From Deltaproteobacteria bacterium (lineage in GTDB: Bacteria > Myxococcota_A > Polyangia > Polyangiales > Houyiibacteriaceae): a stretch of 64,000 nucleotides of DNA. Below are positions 34,178 through 44,012 of this stretch, one piece after another. Location: the NCBI GenBank assembly GCA_034670305.1, contig JAXMNT010000004.1, positions 64,001 through 128,000 of the forward strand, read 5' to 3'. Position 1 is the first letter of the stretch, and every line of letters starts with the position of its first letter. A program made the position numbers and the translations under genes. The notes beneath the pieces were generated by a model. That model saw nothing but the letters and a program-made list of their open reading frames with translations, was not told where the DNA came from and did not search any database.

Positions 34178-34768
34178 ATGGGCGAGACCCCGGACGAAAG
34201 CGTGCTTCTGGCCCGCGCCCAAGAAGGGGACGAGATGGCTTACGGCCGCCTCGTCAGACTCCACGAACGCCGGGTCTTCGCGACCGCGGTGCAGATGTTG
34301 GGCGACCGCGGAGAAGCCGAAGATGCGTCGCAAGAGACGTTTCTGCGGGCTTGGCGGGCCCTCGCGCGCTTTGATGGGCGTTCCAAGCTCAGCACGTGGC
34401 TCTATCGGATCTGCGTGAACGTCTGTCTCAATGCGCTGCGGCGCCGCAAACGAGTCGCGAGCGCGACCCTCGATGATCCGCGGGTGCCCGAGCCGTCGGC
34501 CGACCCCGATCAGGGCGGCAACGATCCGGCCCGGCAACTCGAGATGCGACAGCTCTACGGCCGCATGGCGAAAGCCCTCGACGCCCTGTCGCCTTCGTTG
34601 AGGAGCGCGGTCGTCCTGGTCTTGCTCCAGGGGCTGCCTCACAAAGAAGCCGCCGAAGTGCTCGGATGCCCCGAAGGCACCGTGGCGTGGCGCATCCACG
34701 AAGCGCGACGCCGCCTGCGGGACGCGCTCGCGGACGACATGCCGGGCGCAGGGAGGGAAGCGTCGTGA
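34178..34768 (+). CDS. ECF RNA polymerase sigma factor
   Basis: AEDASQETFLRAW, STWLYRI and region 4 HKEAAEVLGCPEGTV. Confidence 0.93.
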   Translation: MGETPDESVLLARAQEGDEMAYGRLVRLHERRVFATAVQMLGDRGEAEDASQETFLRAWRALARFDGRSKLSTWLYRICVNVCLNALRRRKRVASATLDDPRVPEPSADPDQGGNDPARQLEMRQLYGRMAKALDALSPSLRSAVVLVLLQGLPHKEAAEVLGCPEGTVAWRIHEARRRLRDALADDMPGAGREAS

Positions 34769-36006
34769 CCGACCTGACCGCTTCACGAAAGACCGCACTG
34801 CTGATCGAAGCGCAGAACGCGCTCGACGAAGGGCTGGAACCCACCGAAGCGCTCGAGGGACTGCAAGAGTCGCTTGAGGGCCTGTCCCCCGAGGCGCAGC
34901 TCGACATCGCGCGCGAGATCGAACAACTCGGGCAGGTCGACGCCTGGCTCCGCGCCTGGCCCGAACCAGCGGCACCGGACGACGAGCTGCGCGCACTCTC
35001 GGACGTGGTGCTCCAGCGTCTCGAAGATCCGCTCCCGGCCTTGTCGGCCGATCCGACCGCGCCGCCCGTCTTCGATGACGCGGACGCCCAGCCGCCGCCG
35101 CTCGCCGAACTCGGCCCCGAGGCCGCGCGCTCGGGTGCCTACTCGCTCGACAAACTCGTGGCTCAGGTGCCACCGCCAAACCTGGGAGGCGGCCCGAGTG
35201 GACCGGCGCCGGTGGTACGTCTCGGCGCACCGAAAGCCGCGGAAGAAGAATCCTCCGGCGGCTCGATGGTGTGGCTCGCGATGGCGGCAGCGGTCGGACT
35301 CGGCATCGTCGGCGTCACGGTCTTCGGCGGGACGACCTCGAGCGAACCGGTCGCGATGTCCGCGCCGGAGATGCAGGACATGGAGCCGATGGAACAAGGC
35401 GCTGCGGTTCCCACTGGCCCCCGCCGCGCCGCCGCGGCGACCGCCTCTGCGGCCGAGCCCATGGCCGAAGTCGAGGCGGAGACGGAGTCCGCGGCAGACG
35501 TCGCAGAAGAAGCCCCGGCGCCGATGCCCGTCCGCGCACCCGGCGGCCACGCGGACGACTTGCCGACCGAGGAGGGCTACACCGGCCGCGGGGTCGGTGG
35601 GGCAGCCGGGGCCCGCGGCGGCGCCGAGTCGGCACGGCTCGAGGCGACCACAGGGTCTCGGGCGCGACGCATGACGTCCGTGATGGCCGCGGCGATGAGC
35701 AGCGCGCCAAGCATGTCGGCGCCGATGGCCCGCGCAGCGCCCTCCGAGCTGGACGACTTGCTCGAAGACCAGTCGCGCGCGGCGAGCCGCCGGACCCGAG
35801 CCGCGGTGCGCGCCTGCCTGCCCGCCGATTTCAGCGGTCCGCTCGCAGTGCGGGTCCGCGTGCTGGGCGCCACCGGTGCGGTCGCCTCGGTGGTGCGTGT
35901 CGTACCCACCGTCGAGTCGAGTGTGCGGACCTGCATCGAGACCGCCGCCCGCCGAGCACGGCTCCCGGAACGCGACCGCGACTTCGAGACCACCCTCCGC
36001 TACTGA
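34765..36006 (+). CDS. probable single-TM anti-sigma factor
   Basis: GTGA overlap with the sigma gene, one TM helix, low-complexity linker, small C-terminal domain with a Cys pair (VRAC...RTCI). Confidence 0.6.
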   Translation: MTDLTASRKTALLIEAQNALDEGLEPTEALEGLQESLEGLSPEAQLDIAREIEQLGQVDAWLRAWPEPAAPDDELRALSDVVLQRLEDPLPALSADPTAPPVFDDADAQPPPLAELGPEAARSGAYSLDKLVAQVPPPNLGGGPSGPAPVVRLGAPKAAEEESSGGSMVWLAMAAAVGLGIVGVTVFGGTTSSEPVAMSAPEMQDMEPMEQGAAVPTGPRRAAAATASAAEPMAEVEAETESAADVAEEAPAPMPVRAPGGHADDLPTEEGYTGRGVGGAAGARGGAESARLEATTGSRARRMTSVMAAAMSSAPSMSAPMARAAPSELDDLLEDQSRAASRRTRAAVRACLPADFSGPLAVRVRVLGATGAVASVVRVVPTVESSVRTCIETAARRARLPERDRDFETTLRY

Positions 36007-36080
36007 CTTCCCGACATCGTCTCCGGCGCGCCCGGAACTTCACCCCCGTGGTCCGCGCAGGGTGCTGTTAGAGTCCGCCG

Positions 36081-39000
36081 ATGGGCAGGCGGGTCCTCTT
36101 TGGCTCCTACGAGCTGCTCGAACGCATCGGCGAGGGCGGCATGGCCGAAGTGTGGCGCGCACGCTCCCGCGGCGTCGCCGGGTTCGAGAAGACCGTGGTC
36201 ATCAAGCGGGTGCTCCCGTCGCTCATGGCCCGGCAAGACTTCGCGAGTCTGCTGATCCGCGAAGCCAAGATCGCGGCGCTGCTCAACCACCCGAACGTGG
36301 TCCAGATCTTCGACCTCGGCGAGGAACAAGGCGCGTACTTCATCGCGATGGAGTACGTGCACGGCTGCGACCTCGCGACCGCCATCTCGCACCAACCAGA
36401 CGTGCTCGCGGTGGAGGACGGCGCCGGGCTCAACCTCGCGCTGCGGGTCTGGATCGCGGCCGAGGCGGCCAAGGCGCTCGACTACGCGCATCGGCGACGC
36501 GCCGAGGATGGCCGACCGCTTCAGATCGTGCACCGCGACGTCTCGCCGCAGAACGTGCTGCTTGGCTACGAGGGGCAGATCAAGGTCGCCGACTTCGGCA
36601 TCGCGCTCGCCGATCAGCGGGGGCTCGGCCGGGAGGAGAGCCCCGGGGTGCTGCGCGGCAAGTACGCGTACATGTCGCCGGAACAGGCACGGGCGGAGCC
36701 GCTCGATCGGCGCAGCGACGTCTTCGCGCTCGGCATCGTCCTGCACGAGATGCTCGCGGGCAAACGTCTCTTCCGGGGCAAGTCGCGCAAAGAGACGCTT
36801 CGCAACGTCGAGCTGGCGGAGATCCCGCCGATCGATGTGCAGGCGCTCGGCGGGCCCCCGCTGCTCGCCGAGGTCGTCACGCATGCGCTCGCTCGATCCC
36901 GCGACGAACGCTATCCCTCAGCCGGTGCGATGGCCGAGGATCTGTCGCGCGTGCTCGTCGAGATGAGTGCCCACGTCGGCCCCACCGAGTTGACCGAAGC
37001 GCTGCTCAAGATCGCACCGCCGGACGACGCACGGCGGGTGAACAAGATCCGGGTCGATGTGCTGGCCCGTTCCGGCGAGGACGCCCACAGCGCGGCCCAC
37101 ATCACGCATGGCGCGACCCCCCGCGTGCCGACCGATCCCACCCGCGCGTTCCCCACGTCGCAACGGATGCGCACCACCGTGCGTCCGGGGGTGGTGCTGA
37201 CGCTGCGTGAGCCGGAACCCGCCAACCTAGAAGATCTCCGTCCCTCGAAGATCCCAGCGGACGGCATCCTCCCGGGCAGCTTGGAATCGATCGAAGTCGC
37301 CGCGACCACGTACGGCGGCATGCTGGTGCCCTCCTACGACGGAGTGGTGGAGCTGGTCTTCGGCATTCAGCAGGACCTCGAGCAAGCGTCGGACGCGGCG
37401 GTGCGGTGCGCGCTCGAGCTGCACGCCAAGGGTCACCCCACGTGCGTCCTCCAGGGCGGCGACGTGCGGGTGTTCGAGACCTCGCCGCCACTCGTCGAGC
37501 CGCTCGCCACCACCCACGAGCGCGGCAAGGCGCACCTCGACGACGGCCCGCACATCTGGCTCGACCCCGCGCTGGAACCCGACCTCGGATCGCGTTTCGT
37601 CGTCGAGCCCGGAACCGGTTGGCCCATGGTCCGCGGCTACCGTCGGCGCAGCGAACGCGAGATGGGCGGGCTGCGCCGCGACCCGTTGGTCGGTCGCCGC
37701 AGCCTGATGCGCCGCATCGCGAAAGCGCTTGTGGAGGTCGAACGAGGACACGGCCGCGCACTGATGCTCATCGGGGGCCCCGGCGTCGGCAAGAGCCGGC
37801 TGCTCGCCGAAGTCCGCGCGAGCCTCGAACCGGCCGGTGCGCTCTTCGTGGTCACCAATGGCCGAGAGGCGCAGGTCGACACCAGCTTCGACGCACTGGC
37901 GGTGTTGCTGCGCGACCTCTGCGGAGAAGACGATGCGGGCGAAGGCGAGGCGGGCGCACCCTCCCCCCTCGAACACGCGATCGAGCGGCTCAAAGTATTG
38001 GGGCTCAGCCCCCGAGAGGTCGGCCGTGCCAAAGAACTGGCAGGGCTTCCCACCGAAGTCGCAGACCGCGCCGGCCGGCCCCGCGGGCTCGAGATCGTCG
38101 TGCTCTTGCGCAAAGCGCTGCGCGCACTGTCCACCGACCGACCTGTGGTGTTGTGCCTCGAAGACGTGCACTGGATGGACGACGGGACCCGCCAGGTCCT
38201 TGACCTGCTCCTCGCCGGACTCCGCACCGCGCGCGTTCTCGTCTTGCTCACCGCGCGACCCGGAAACTCGCTTCCCCACCTGCACGTCGAAACGCTCGCC
38301 GTGCACGAGCTCGACCTCGACGCCGGTGCTCGGGTGTTCGCCCACCGGGTCGGTGCGCGCGGGCTCGAAGACGAACTCGCGCAGCGACTTCACGAGTCGG
38401 TGGACGGGAACCCGGGGTGGATCAACGTGCTCGCCGACGGGCTTCGGGAGTCAGGTCGGCTCGAGGTCTGCGGCAGCCTGGTGCACGGGTTCGGCCGCGG
38501 CGAACTTCCGGTGCCCGATCGCATGCACGCGCGCGTGCAAGCCCGCATCGGCGCTCTCGGCGCCAGGGCCCGCGGCCTCGTTCAGATCACGGCGGCGTTC
38601 CCAGAGCCGCTCGACGTCGCCACACTCGCCGCCATCGAAGGGGTGCCGCGCGATGTCGCGGAACCCATCGTCCAGCGGCTCATCAGCCGTCGGGTCCTGC
38701 GGGCTGCGACCGAAGACCGCGGCGACAAACGCGAGAGCGAGGTGCCCTGGATCCCAAGCGCCGACGCCCCACTGCCCGCGCGGGTGCGGATCTACGGCGG
38801 CGAACTCGTCCGTCGGGCGGTCCTCGAGAGCCTGTCCACCGAACACCAGCAACGCGTTCACGCGAAGATCGCCGACGTGCTCCGCCGCAGCGGTGCGGCG
38901 AACGACGACCGGGTCGAGACCCTCGCGTACCACTCGGCCCGCGCCGGAGACTTCGAGCGCGCTCCGTCCGAACTCGAGCGCGCCGCCGAGGTGGCGCTCG

Positions 39001-40082
39001 CCCGCGGAGAACACGGCACCGCGGCCCGCAGATTTCTCCACGCGTCCGAGCTGCTCCTCGGCGAGATGGACGCGGCGGACCGCCGGGCCGCCCTCTGCGC
39101 CCGGGCGGCCGAAGTGGCGCTGGAAGCCGGCGCCACCGCGCTCGCGGCGACCGCGCTCGCGGCCGCACCACCGGTCACCGACGAACACCTCGACCTCCGC
39201 CTGGGCCTTGCCCACATCGCGGTGCTCACGCGTCGCGAACAGTGGTCGGAAGCCCTCCGCCGGGTGGAAGAACTCTCCCACCGGCTCGATCGGAGCGAGG
39301 ACTCGATCCGTGGGCGCGCCCAAGGCGTCCTGGGCCAGGCTCGGCTTCAGACCGGCGACGTGGCCGGGGCCGTGCTCGCGTTCCACGAAGCGGTGCGCAC
39401 CTTCGAGAGCATCGGCGACGGCCAGAACGCGGGGCGCGCGCTCTCGGGTCTCGCGATCGCGCTCGCACGGGCGGGCGAGTCCGAGCGCGCGGGCGAAACG
39501 GGCATGGCGGCACTCGTCAGCGCGGTGCGCCACGGAGGCGCCGAACTTCGATGCAATGCGTTGATGGCCGCCGCGGAGATCGCGGAAGCCAGTGGCGACG
39601 ACGCCCTCGCGGCCTCTCGCTGGTGCGACGCCGCCCACGTCGCACACGACGCGGAACTCGAGGTACTTTTCGCTCGGACGGCGGCTCGCGCCGCCATCGC
39701 CTGTGTACACGCGGGTCTCGACAGCGAAGCCGCGGTCTGGGCGGACGACAGCGCGCGGGTGGCCCGCGCCCACGACCTCGACGCGGTCGAGAGTGTTGCC
39801 GAAGCGGTGCAGGCGACGCTCGCGCTTCAAGCGCACCCCGAGCCGCACTTCGTCAAAGCGCTCGTGCGCTCGGTGGAACACCTCGAACAGCTCGGCCGGT
39901 TCGGCTCGGCCGCGATGGTTCTTCAGATGCTGGCCCGCGGACACCTGGCCCTCGACGACGTCGGCGCGGCCATCCGCACCCTGGGCCGCGCCGGCCCGCT
40001 CGCCGAAGCCGCCGGTCGGCCCCTCCTGCATGCGCGACTTCGAGCCGAAGCCGAAGCCCTCGCCCGCGGCGAACACACCTAG
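36081..40082 (+). CDS. Ser/Thr kinase fused to a STAND-like AAA ATPase and TPR-like helical region
   Basis: GEGGMA, HRDVSPQN, DFG; LVGR, Walker A GGPGVGKS, Walker B LCLEDVHW, GNP. Confidence 0.9.
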   Translation: MGRRVLFGSYELLERIGEGGMAEVWRARSRGVAGFEKTVVIKRVLPSLMARQDFASLLIREAKIAALLNHPNVVQIFDLGEEQGAYFIAMEYVHGCDLATAISHQPDVLAVEDGAGLNLALRVWIAAEAAKALDYAHRRRAEDGRPLQIVHRDVSPQNVLLGYEGQIKVADFGIALADQRGLGREESPGVLRGKYAYMSPEQARAEPLDRRSDVFALGIVLHEMLAGKRLFRGKSRKETLRNVELAEIPPIDVQALGGPPLLAEVVTHALARSRDERYPSAGAMAEDLSRVLVEMSAHVGPTELTEALLKIAPPDDARRVNKIRVDVLARSGEDAHSAAHITHGATPRVPTDPTRAFPTSQRMRTTVRPGVVLTLREPEPANLEDLRPSKIPADGILPGSLESIEVAATTYGGMLVPSYDGVVELVFGIQQDLEQASDAAVRCALELHAKGHPTCVLQGGDVRVFETSPPLVEPLATTHERGKAHLDDGPHIWLDPALEPDLGSRFVVEPGTGWPMVRGYRRRSEREMGGLRRDPLVGRRSLMRRIAKALVEVERGHGRALMLIGGPGVGKSRLLAEVRASLEPAGALFVVTNGREAQVDTSFDALAVLLRDLCGEDDAGEGEAGAPSPLEHAIERLKVLGLSPREVGRAKELAGLPTEVADRAGRPRGLEIVVLLRKALRALSTDRPVVLCLEDVHWMDDGTRQVLDLLLAGLRTARVLVLLTARPGNSLPHLHVETLAVHELDLDAGARVFAHRVGARGLEDELAQRLHESVDGNPGWINVLADGLRESGRLEVCGSLVHGFGRGELPVPDRMHARVQARIGALGARARGLVQITAAFPEPLDVATLAAIEGVPRDVAEPIVQRLISRRVLRAATEDRGDKRESEVPWIPSADAPLPARVRIYGGELVRRAVLESLSTEHQQRVHAKIADVLRRSGAANDDRVETLAYHSARAGDFERAPSELERAAEVALARGEHGTAARRFLHASELLLGEMDAADRRAALCARAAEVALEAGATALAATALAAAPPVTDEHLDLRLGLAHIAVLTRREQWSEALRRVEELSHRLDRSEDSIRGRAQGVLGQARLQTGDVAGAVLAFHEAVRTFESIGDGQNAGRALSGLAIALARAGESERAGETGMAALVSAVRHGGAELRCNALMAAAEIAEASGDDALAASRWCDAAHVAHDAELEVLFARTAARAAIACVHAGLDSEAAVWADDSARVARAHDLDAVESVAEAVQATLALQAHPEPHFVKALVRSVEHLEQLGRFGSAAMVLQMLARGHLALDDVGAAIRTLGRAGPLAEAAGRPLLHARLRAEAEALARGEHT

Positions 40083-40130
40083 GGCCGCGAGTCTCGCGAA
40101 GCGAGCCAGGCCCGTAGTGTTAAGGAGGAA
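40080..40130. repeat. REP-like hairpin element, copy 2 (begins at the kinase TAG stop)
   Basis: TAGGGCCGCGAGTCTCGCGAAGCGAGCCAGGCCCGTAGTGTTAAGGA. Confidence 0.8.
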
Positions 40131-40269
40131 GTTCACCGCGTGAGTGCACCTGCGCAGCCCGCAGGGCGAGCAACTGGTGCACTCCAATCGATCCCGAGAG
40201 CGCCTCGAGGAGCGCCTGGACGCGCGCAGCCGCCCATCGTCCCAAATGCTTCTTCAGGGCACCCAGTGA

Positions 40270-40353
40270 TGGGCGGCGAGCACGTGCAGGTGCGACGGGC
40301 GCGAATTAGGGCCGCCAGTCTCGCGAAGCGAGCCAGGCCCGTGGTGTTAAGGA
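40270..40353. repeat. REP-like hairpin element, copy 3
   Basis: Shares its 5' extension with copy 1 and its GTGTTAAGGA 3' extension with copy 2. Confidence 0.8.
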
Positions 40354-40463
40354 AGAACGTCGGTTGACTCGCGCCTGGTGCCCGCTAGTCTCCCCGGCCC
40401 TGGCAGCGCGCCGAGTTCGCGATCCCGGCTGAACTGACCAGACCTGCCCCCGTGAGGCACGCG

Positions 40464-42806
40464 ATGACCGAAGAGACGCGAGACAACCACGACGCCACCG
40501 CGTCGACGAGCCCGGCTCCCGAGCCCGCCCCAAGCACCCCCACGCCCGCCGCATCTGCGAACGGGGATGGCGCACCTGCCAAATCGCCACCGAGCGAAGC
40601 GGCCAATGCACCTCCCGCCGCGACCGGTACGACGGACCGCGGCAGCACCGACGCATGGTCGGACACGCCAGCGGACGCCGAAGGCAACGCCCCCCCCGCG
40701 GGTGGAGAGGTGCGTCGACCGAAGCCGCCGCGCCGTCGCAAGGCAGCGCCGCCTCCGAACGCGCCGCCGGCCGGTGGCGACGTCGTCCGCGGTGAAGCCG
40801 CCGAGTGGTCGGACGCGCCCGCGGATGCGGAAGGCAACGCCCCGCCGCCCGACAGCGGTGACAGCGTGCGCGCGTCGACCAAGAAGAAGCGCAAGCGCAA
40901 GAAGAAGAAAAAGAAGAAGCCGGAGCATCAGCCGACCGGCGACCGCAAGCCGCAGGTCTTCTCGCACCTCTTCGACGGACAGCCCCGCTCCCACGCGTTC
41001 CGCGTCGGCGAAGTCGTGGCCGGCCGCGTGGACCGCGTGTCCGATGGCGCCATCGTCGTCGACCTCTTCGGCAAAGCGCTCGCGATCGTGGACGTCTACG
41101 AGCCGCACGAGATCGAAGCGACCGCCGACCCGGAAGCCACCGAGTCGACATCCGCGGGTGCGGTGGAAGCACCGGCCGCTGAAGCGACGCCCAATGCGAC
41201 TGACGCAGCCACACCGGATGCAGCCGCACCGGACGCAGCCGCACCAGCCGCCGCCACACCGGCCGCAGCACCGGATGCAGCCACACCGGATGCAGCCGCA
41301 CCAGCCGCCGCAGCAGCCACACCGGCACTCGACCCCGCCGCCGTGGCCGAAGCCGCCGCCAAGGACGCCGCCGCCGAACGCGCGGCCGCTGAAGAAGCCG
41401 ACGAAGCGGAAGCCGCCGTCGCGGCCGAAGCCGCGGACGACTCCGACGACGAGTCCGACGACGAGAACACCCCGACCGAAGCACCGGCTGCGGTCCAGGG
41501 TCCACCGCCAGAGCCCCCCGCGGTCGGCGCCATCTTTCGCGGCCGAGTGGGCGCCGTGGCCGAGAGTGGCCACATCGCCATCATCAACCGCAACATCGAT
41601 CGCCACGCCGCCAAGGCTGCGATCGCGGTCTCGCGCGACGCCCGCCAGCGGGTTCAGGGCGTGGTCTTCGGGTTCAACCGCGGTGGCTTCGACGTCATCG
41701 TGGAAGGCATCCGGACCTTCTGTCCCGCGAGCGGCATGAGCCTCGACCCGATCACCGACCCCGAGTCGTTCGTCGGTCAGAAGCTCGACTTCACCCTCCC
41801 GCCCAGCAAGGGCGGACGCAGCATCATCGTCAGCCGACGTGGCGTGCTCGAGCGCGAGATCCGCAAGGCCGCCCGCACTCGGCTCAAGTCGCTCAAGGTC
41901 GGCGAAGTCATCGAAGGCCCGGTCACCGAGATCCGCGACTACGGCCTGCTCGTCGCACTCGGCGACGGACTCGATGGCCTCGTGCACCAGAGCGAAGCCG
42001 CCTGGGGCCGTGGCACCCGCACCTTCGACGTCGCCAAGGTCGGCGACATCGTGAAGGTCGAAGTGCTCAAGGTACAGCCCGCGACCCGCAAGGATCGCAC
42101 CGGCCGCGTCTCGCTCTCCATGCGCAAGTGCCTGCCCGACCCCTGGGACGAACATCCCGACAAGGTCGCCGTGGGTTCCGTGGTCAAGGGCAAGGTCACC
42201 CGCACTGCCGAGTTCGGCGCGTTCGTAGAGATCGCCCCGGGCATCGAAGGACTGCTGCACATCACGGAGCTCGGCAACAAACTCGCCCACGCCAAGGAAG
42301 CTGTGCGCGAGGGCGAAGAGATCGACGTGATGGTCGAGCGGGTCGACCGCGAGCAGCGCCGTCTGAGCCTCTCGAAACTCTCGAAGTCCGACCTCGAAGC
42401 CATCGCCAGCGGCGAGTTCGACCCCACCATCGCGCGCTCCCTCAAGGTCGGCGCGATCGTGACGGTCATCATCGAGCGCGTGGAACACCACGGCATGCTC
42501 GCCCACGTGAAGGGTGTCGTCGGCAAACGCGGCCGCGCGTACATTCCGGGGCGCGAACTCCTCGAGGACGAAGGTCCGAAGATGGGTCCGCGCGGACGCA
42601 AGCGCGCCAAACCGATCGGAGCCGGCTCCGAGGTTCAGGTGAAGGTCATCGGCACCGACCGCGACGGACAGCTGCGCTGCTCCATCAAGGGCAAGGTCCG
42701 AGACGAAGAGCGGAAGGCCGTGAAGGACTACCGCACCGAGGCCGCCAAACAGGGGGGCTTCGGCACCTTCGGCGACCTGCTCAAGGCCAAGATCGGCGAC
42801 GACTGA
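40464..42806 (+). CDS. multi-S1-domain RNA-binding protein (ribosomal protein S1-like) with long disordered insertions
   Basis: S1 motifs FNRGGFDV...FCPAS, YGLLVALG..DGLVHQSE and FGAFVEIAPGIEGLLHITEL. C-terminal GFGTFGDLL. Confidence 0.85.
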   Translation: MTEETRDNHDATASTSPAPEPAPSTPTPAASANGDGAPAKSPPSEAANAPPAATGTTDRGSTDAWSDTPADAEGNAPPAGGEVRRPKPPRRRKAAPPPNAPPAGGDVVRGEAAEWSDAPADAEGNAPPPDSGDSVRASTKKKRKRKKKKKKKPEHQPTGDRKPQVFSHLFDGQPRSHAFRVGEVVAGRVDRVSDGAIVVDLFGKALAIVDVYEPHEIEATADPEATESTSAGAVEAPAAEATPNATDAATPDAAAPDAAAPAAATPAAAPDAATPDAAAPAAAAATPALDPAAVAEAAAKDAAAERAAAEEADEAEAAVAAEAADDSDDESDDENTPTEAPAAVQGPPPEPPAVGAIFRGRVGAVAESGHIAIINRNIDRHAAKAAIAVSRDARQRVQGVVFGFNRGGFDVIVEGIRTFCPASGMSLDPITDPESFVGQKLDFTLPPSKGGRSIIVSRRGVLEREIRKAARTRLKSLKVGEVIEGPVTEIRDYGLLVALGDGLDGLVHQSEAAWGRGTRTFDVAKVGDIVKVEVLKVQPATRKDRTGRVSLSMRKCLPDPWDEHPDKVAVGSVVKGKVTRTAEFGAFVEIAPGIEGLLHITELGNKLAHAKEAVREGEEIDVMVERVDREQRRLSLSKLSKSDLEAIASGEFDPTIARSLKVGAIVTVIIERVEHHGMLAHVKGVVGKRGRAYIPGRELLEDEGPKMGPRGRKRAKPIGAGSEVQVKVIGTDRDGQLRCSIKGKVRDEERKAVKDYRTEAAKQGGFGTFGDLLKAKIGDD

Positions 42807-42898
42807 CGGTCTTCGGCGTGCGCGCCGAAAGACTGCGCTTCGATCTTGCCGCGGGACGACCGCGGTGTTATCGAAGCACCCCGCTTTCGAGCGGACCC

Positions 42899-42973
42899 GG
42901 GCGATTAACTCAGTGGTAGAGTGCCTTCTTCACACGGAGGAAGTCCGCAGTTCAAATCTGCGATCGCCCACCA
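42899..42973 (+). tRNA. tRNA-Val (anticodon CAC)
   Basis: Acceptor stem GGGCGAT/ATCGCCC, D arm ACTC/GAGT, anticodon arm CCTTC-TTCACAC-GGAGG, T arm CGCAG-TTCAAAT-CTGCG, encoded CCA. Confidence 0.97.
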
Positions 42974-42976
42974 GAA

Positions 42977-43016
42977 ACGATGCCGAAACCGCCCACCGGT
43001 TTCGGCATCGTCGTTT
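42977..43016 (+). terminator. hairpin downstream of tRNA-Val, probable terminator
   Basis: Perfect 15-bp stem ACGATGCCGAAACCG/CGGTTTCGGCATCGT, 5-nt loop, short T run. Confidence 0.7.
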
Positions 43017-43049
43017 GTGGCACAGACGAACCGAACGTAGGCTTCGCCG

Positions 43050-43823
43050 ATGGGAACCTCGCCGGCGCGAACCAGCCTTGTCCTCCTCGTGCTCCTCGTC
43101 GCGTGCGCGGGGAACGCCGAAGAGACGACCCCGGCCCCCGTCGAGCCGAGCACGGGTGCTGCGGCAGAGTCCGATGCAGCGTCTGAAGAGGGTGTCGATG
43201 CGGTGCTCATCGGCTGTGTGGGGCGTGGCTGCGACGGTCTGGTCGGTGCCCTCGATCAACCGCCCACGCCCCCGCCCCGCGAGCGGCCGGCCGAGGTCTT
43301 GCCCGAGCGGCGCATCCCAGCGGCCACCACGACAACGCGCCCCGCCGGTCTGCAGGCCGCGGCGGCGCTCTACGCCGAACTCGACACCCAGCCCATCGGC
43401 TCGAACGTCGCGGCCGCGACGCTGACCGATGCGGTGGGGCTGCTTCGCGACCAAGTGGCGGAGGCGTCCGTCCTCTTGGCCCGGCTGAACGCGGCCTGCG
43501 ACCTCGCCGCGACCCAAGACACCGCGCTCGCGCCCGAGGCGGAAACGCTGAAGGCCGATGGATACGATCTGTTGGCGGGGCGGCTCACGGACGCCCCCTT
43601 CGTGGTGCCGACCGATCTCGAAGGGCGGATCCAGGAGCTCTCCCCTGACGATCAAGCGAACCTTCGGGTCGAAGTCCTCTCGCGGGTGCGCGAAGTGCTC
43701 AGAGTGCAAGCCGCGCCCCTGTTCTGCGACGCCGCCCGCACGTACCGCTCGGCTGGCACACCACGCGCGTCCGAACAGCTGGGCGCTTACGGAAACGCGC
43801 TCTTGCTCCACTGCGGCTTGTGA
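43050..43823 (+). CDS. hypothetical lipoprotein
   Basis: Hydrophobic signal with LVAC lipobox. No recognisable domain. Confidence 0.6.
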   Translation: MGTSPARTSLVLLVLLVACAGNAEETTPAPVEPSTGAAAESDAASEEGVDAVLIGCVGRGCDGLVGALDQPPTPPPRERPAEVLPERRIPAATTTTRPAGLQAAAALYAELDTQPIGSNVAAATLTDAVGLLRDQVAEASVLLARLNAACDLAATQDTALAPEAETLKADGYDLLAGRLTDAPFVVPTDLEGRIQELSPDDQANLRVEVLSRVREVLRVQAAPLFCDAARTYRSAGTPRASEQLGAYGNALLLHCGL

Positions 43824-43847
43824 ACGAGGCGACACAGAACGCACTCT

Positions 43848-43962
43848 TGGTCCATCGTCGACCTCGGGGCGGGGGATGAACACACCTGCGCGGTGACCGA
43901 CGCAGGCGACGTGTACTGGGGGTGAAGGCACGCTCGTGCCTACGCTGGTACCGGGCCTCTAA
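43848..43962 (+). pseudogene. RCC1-repeat gene remnant
   Basis: Reads IVDLGAGDEHTCAVTDAGDVYWG-stop, then GEGTLVPTLVPGL-stop after a shift in a G5 run. No start codon in frame ahead of the repeat. Confidence 0.6.
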
Positions 43963-44012
43963 CTGGCGGCTGCCCCGCAGCTGGGTTTGCCGCCGTGGTA
44001 TGCTGACCCCTG

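Noticed and set aside
36081-40082. Kinase-STAND protein as an anti-phage Avs-type system
   Set aside because: No nuclease or other effector domain recognised. Kinase-AAA-TPR fusions are common myxobacterial signalling proteins and the context is regulatory.
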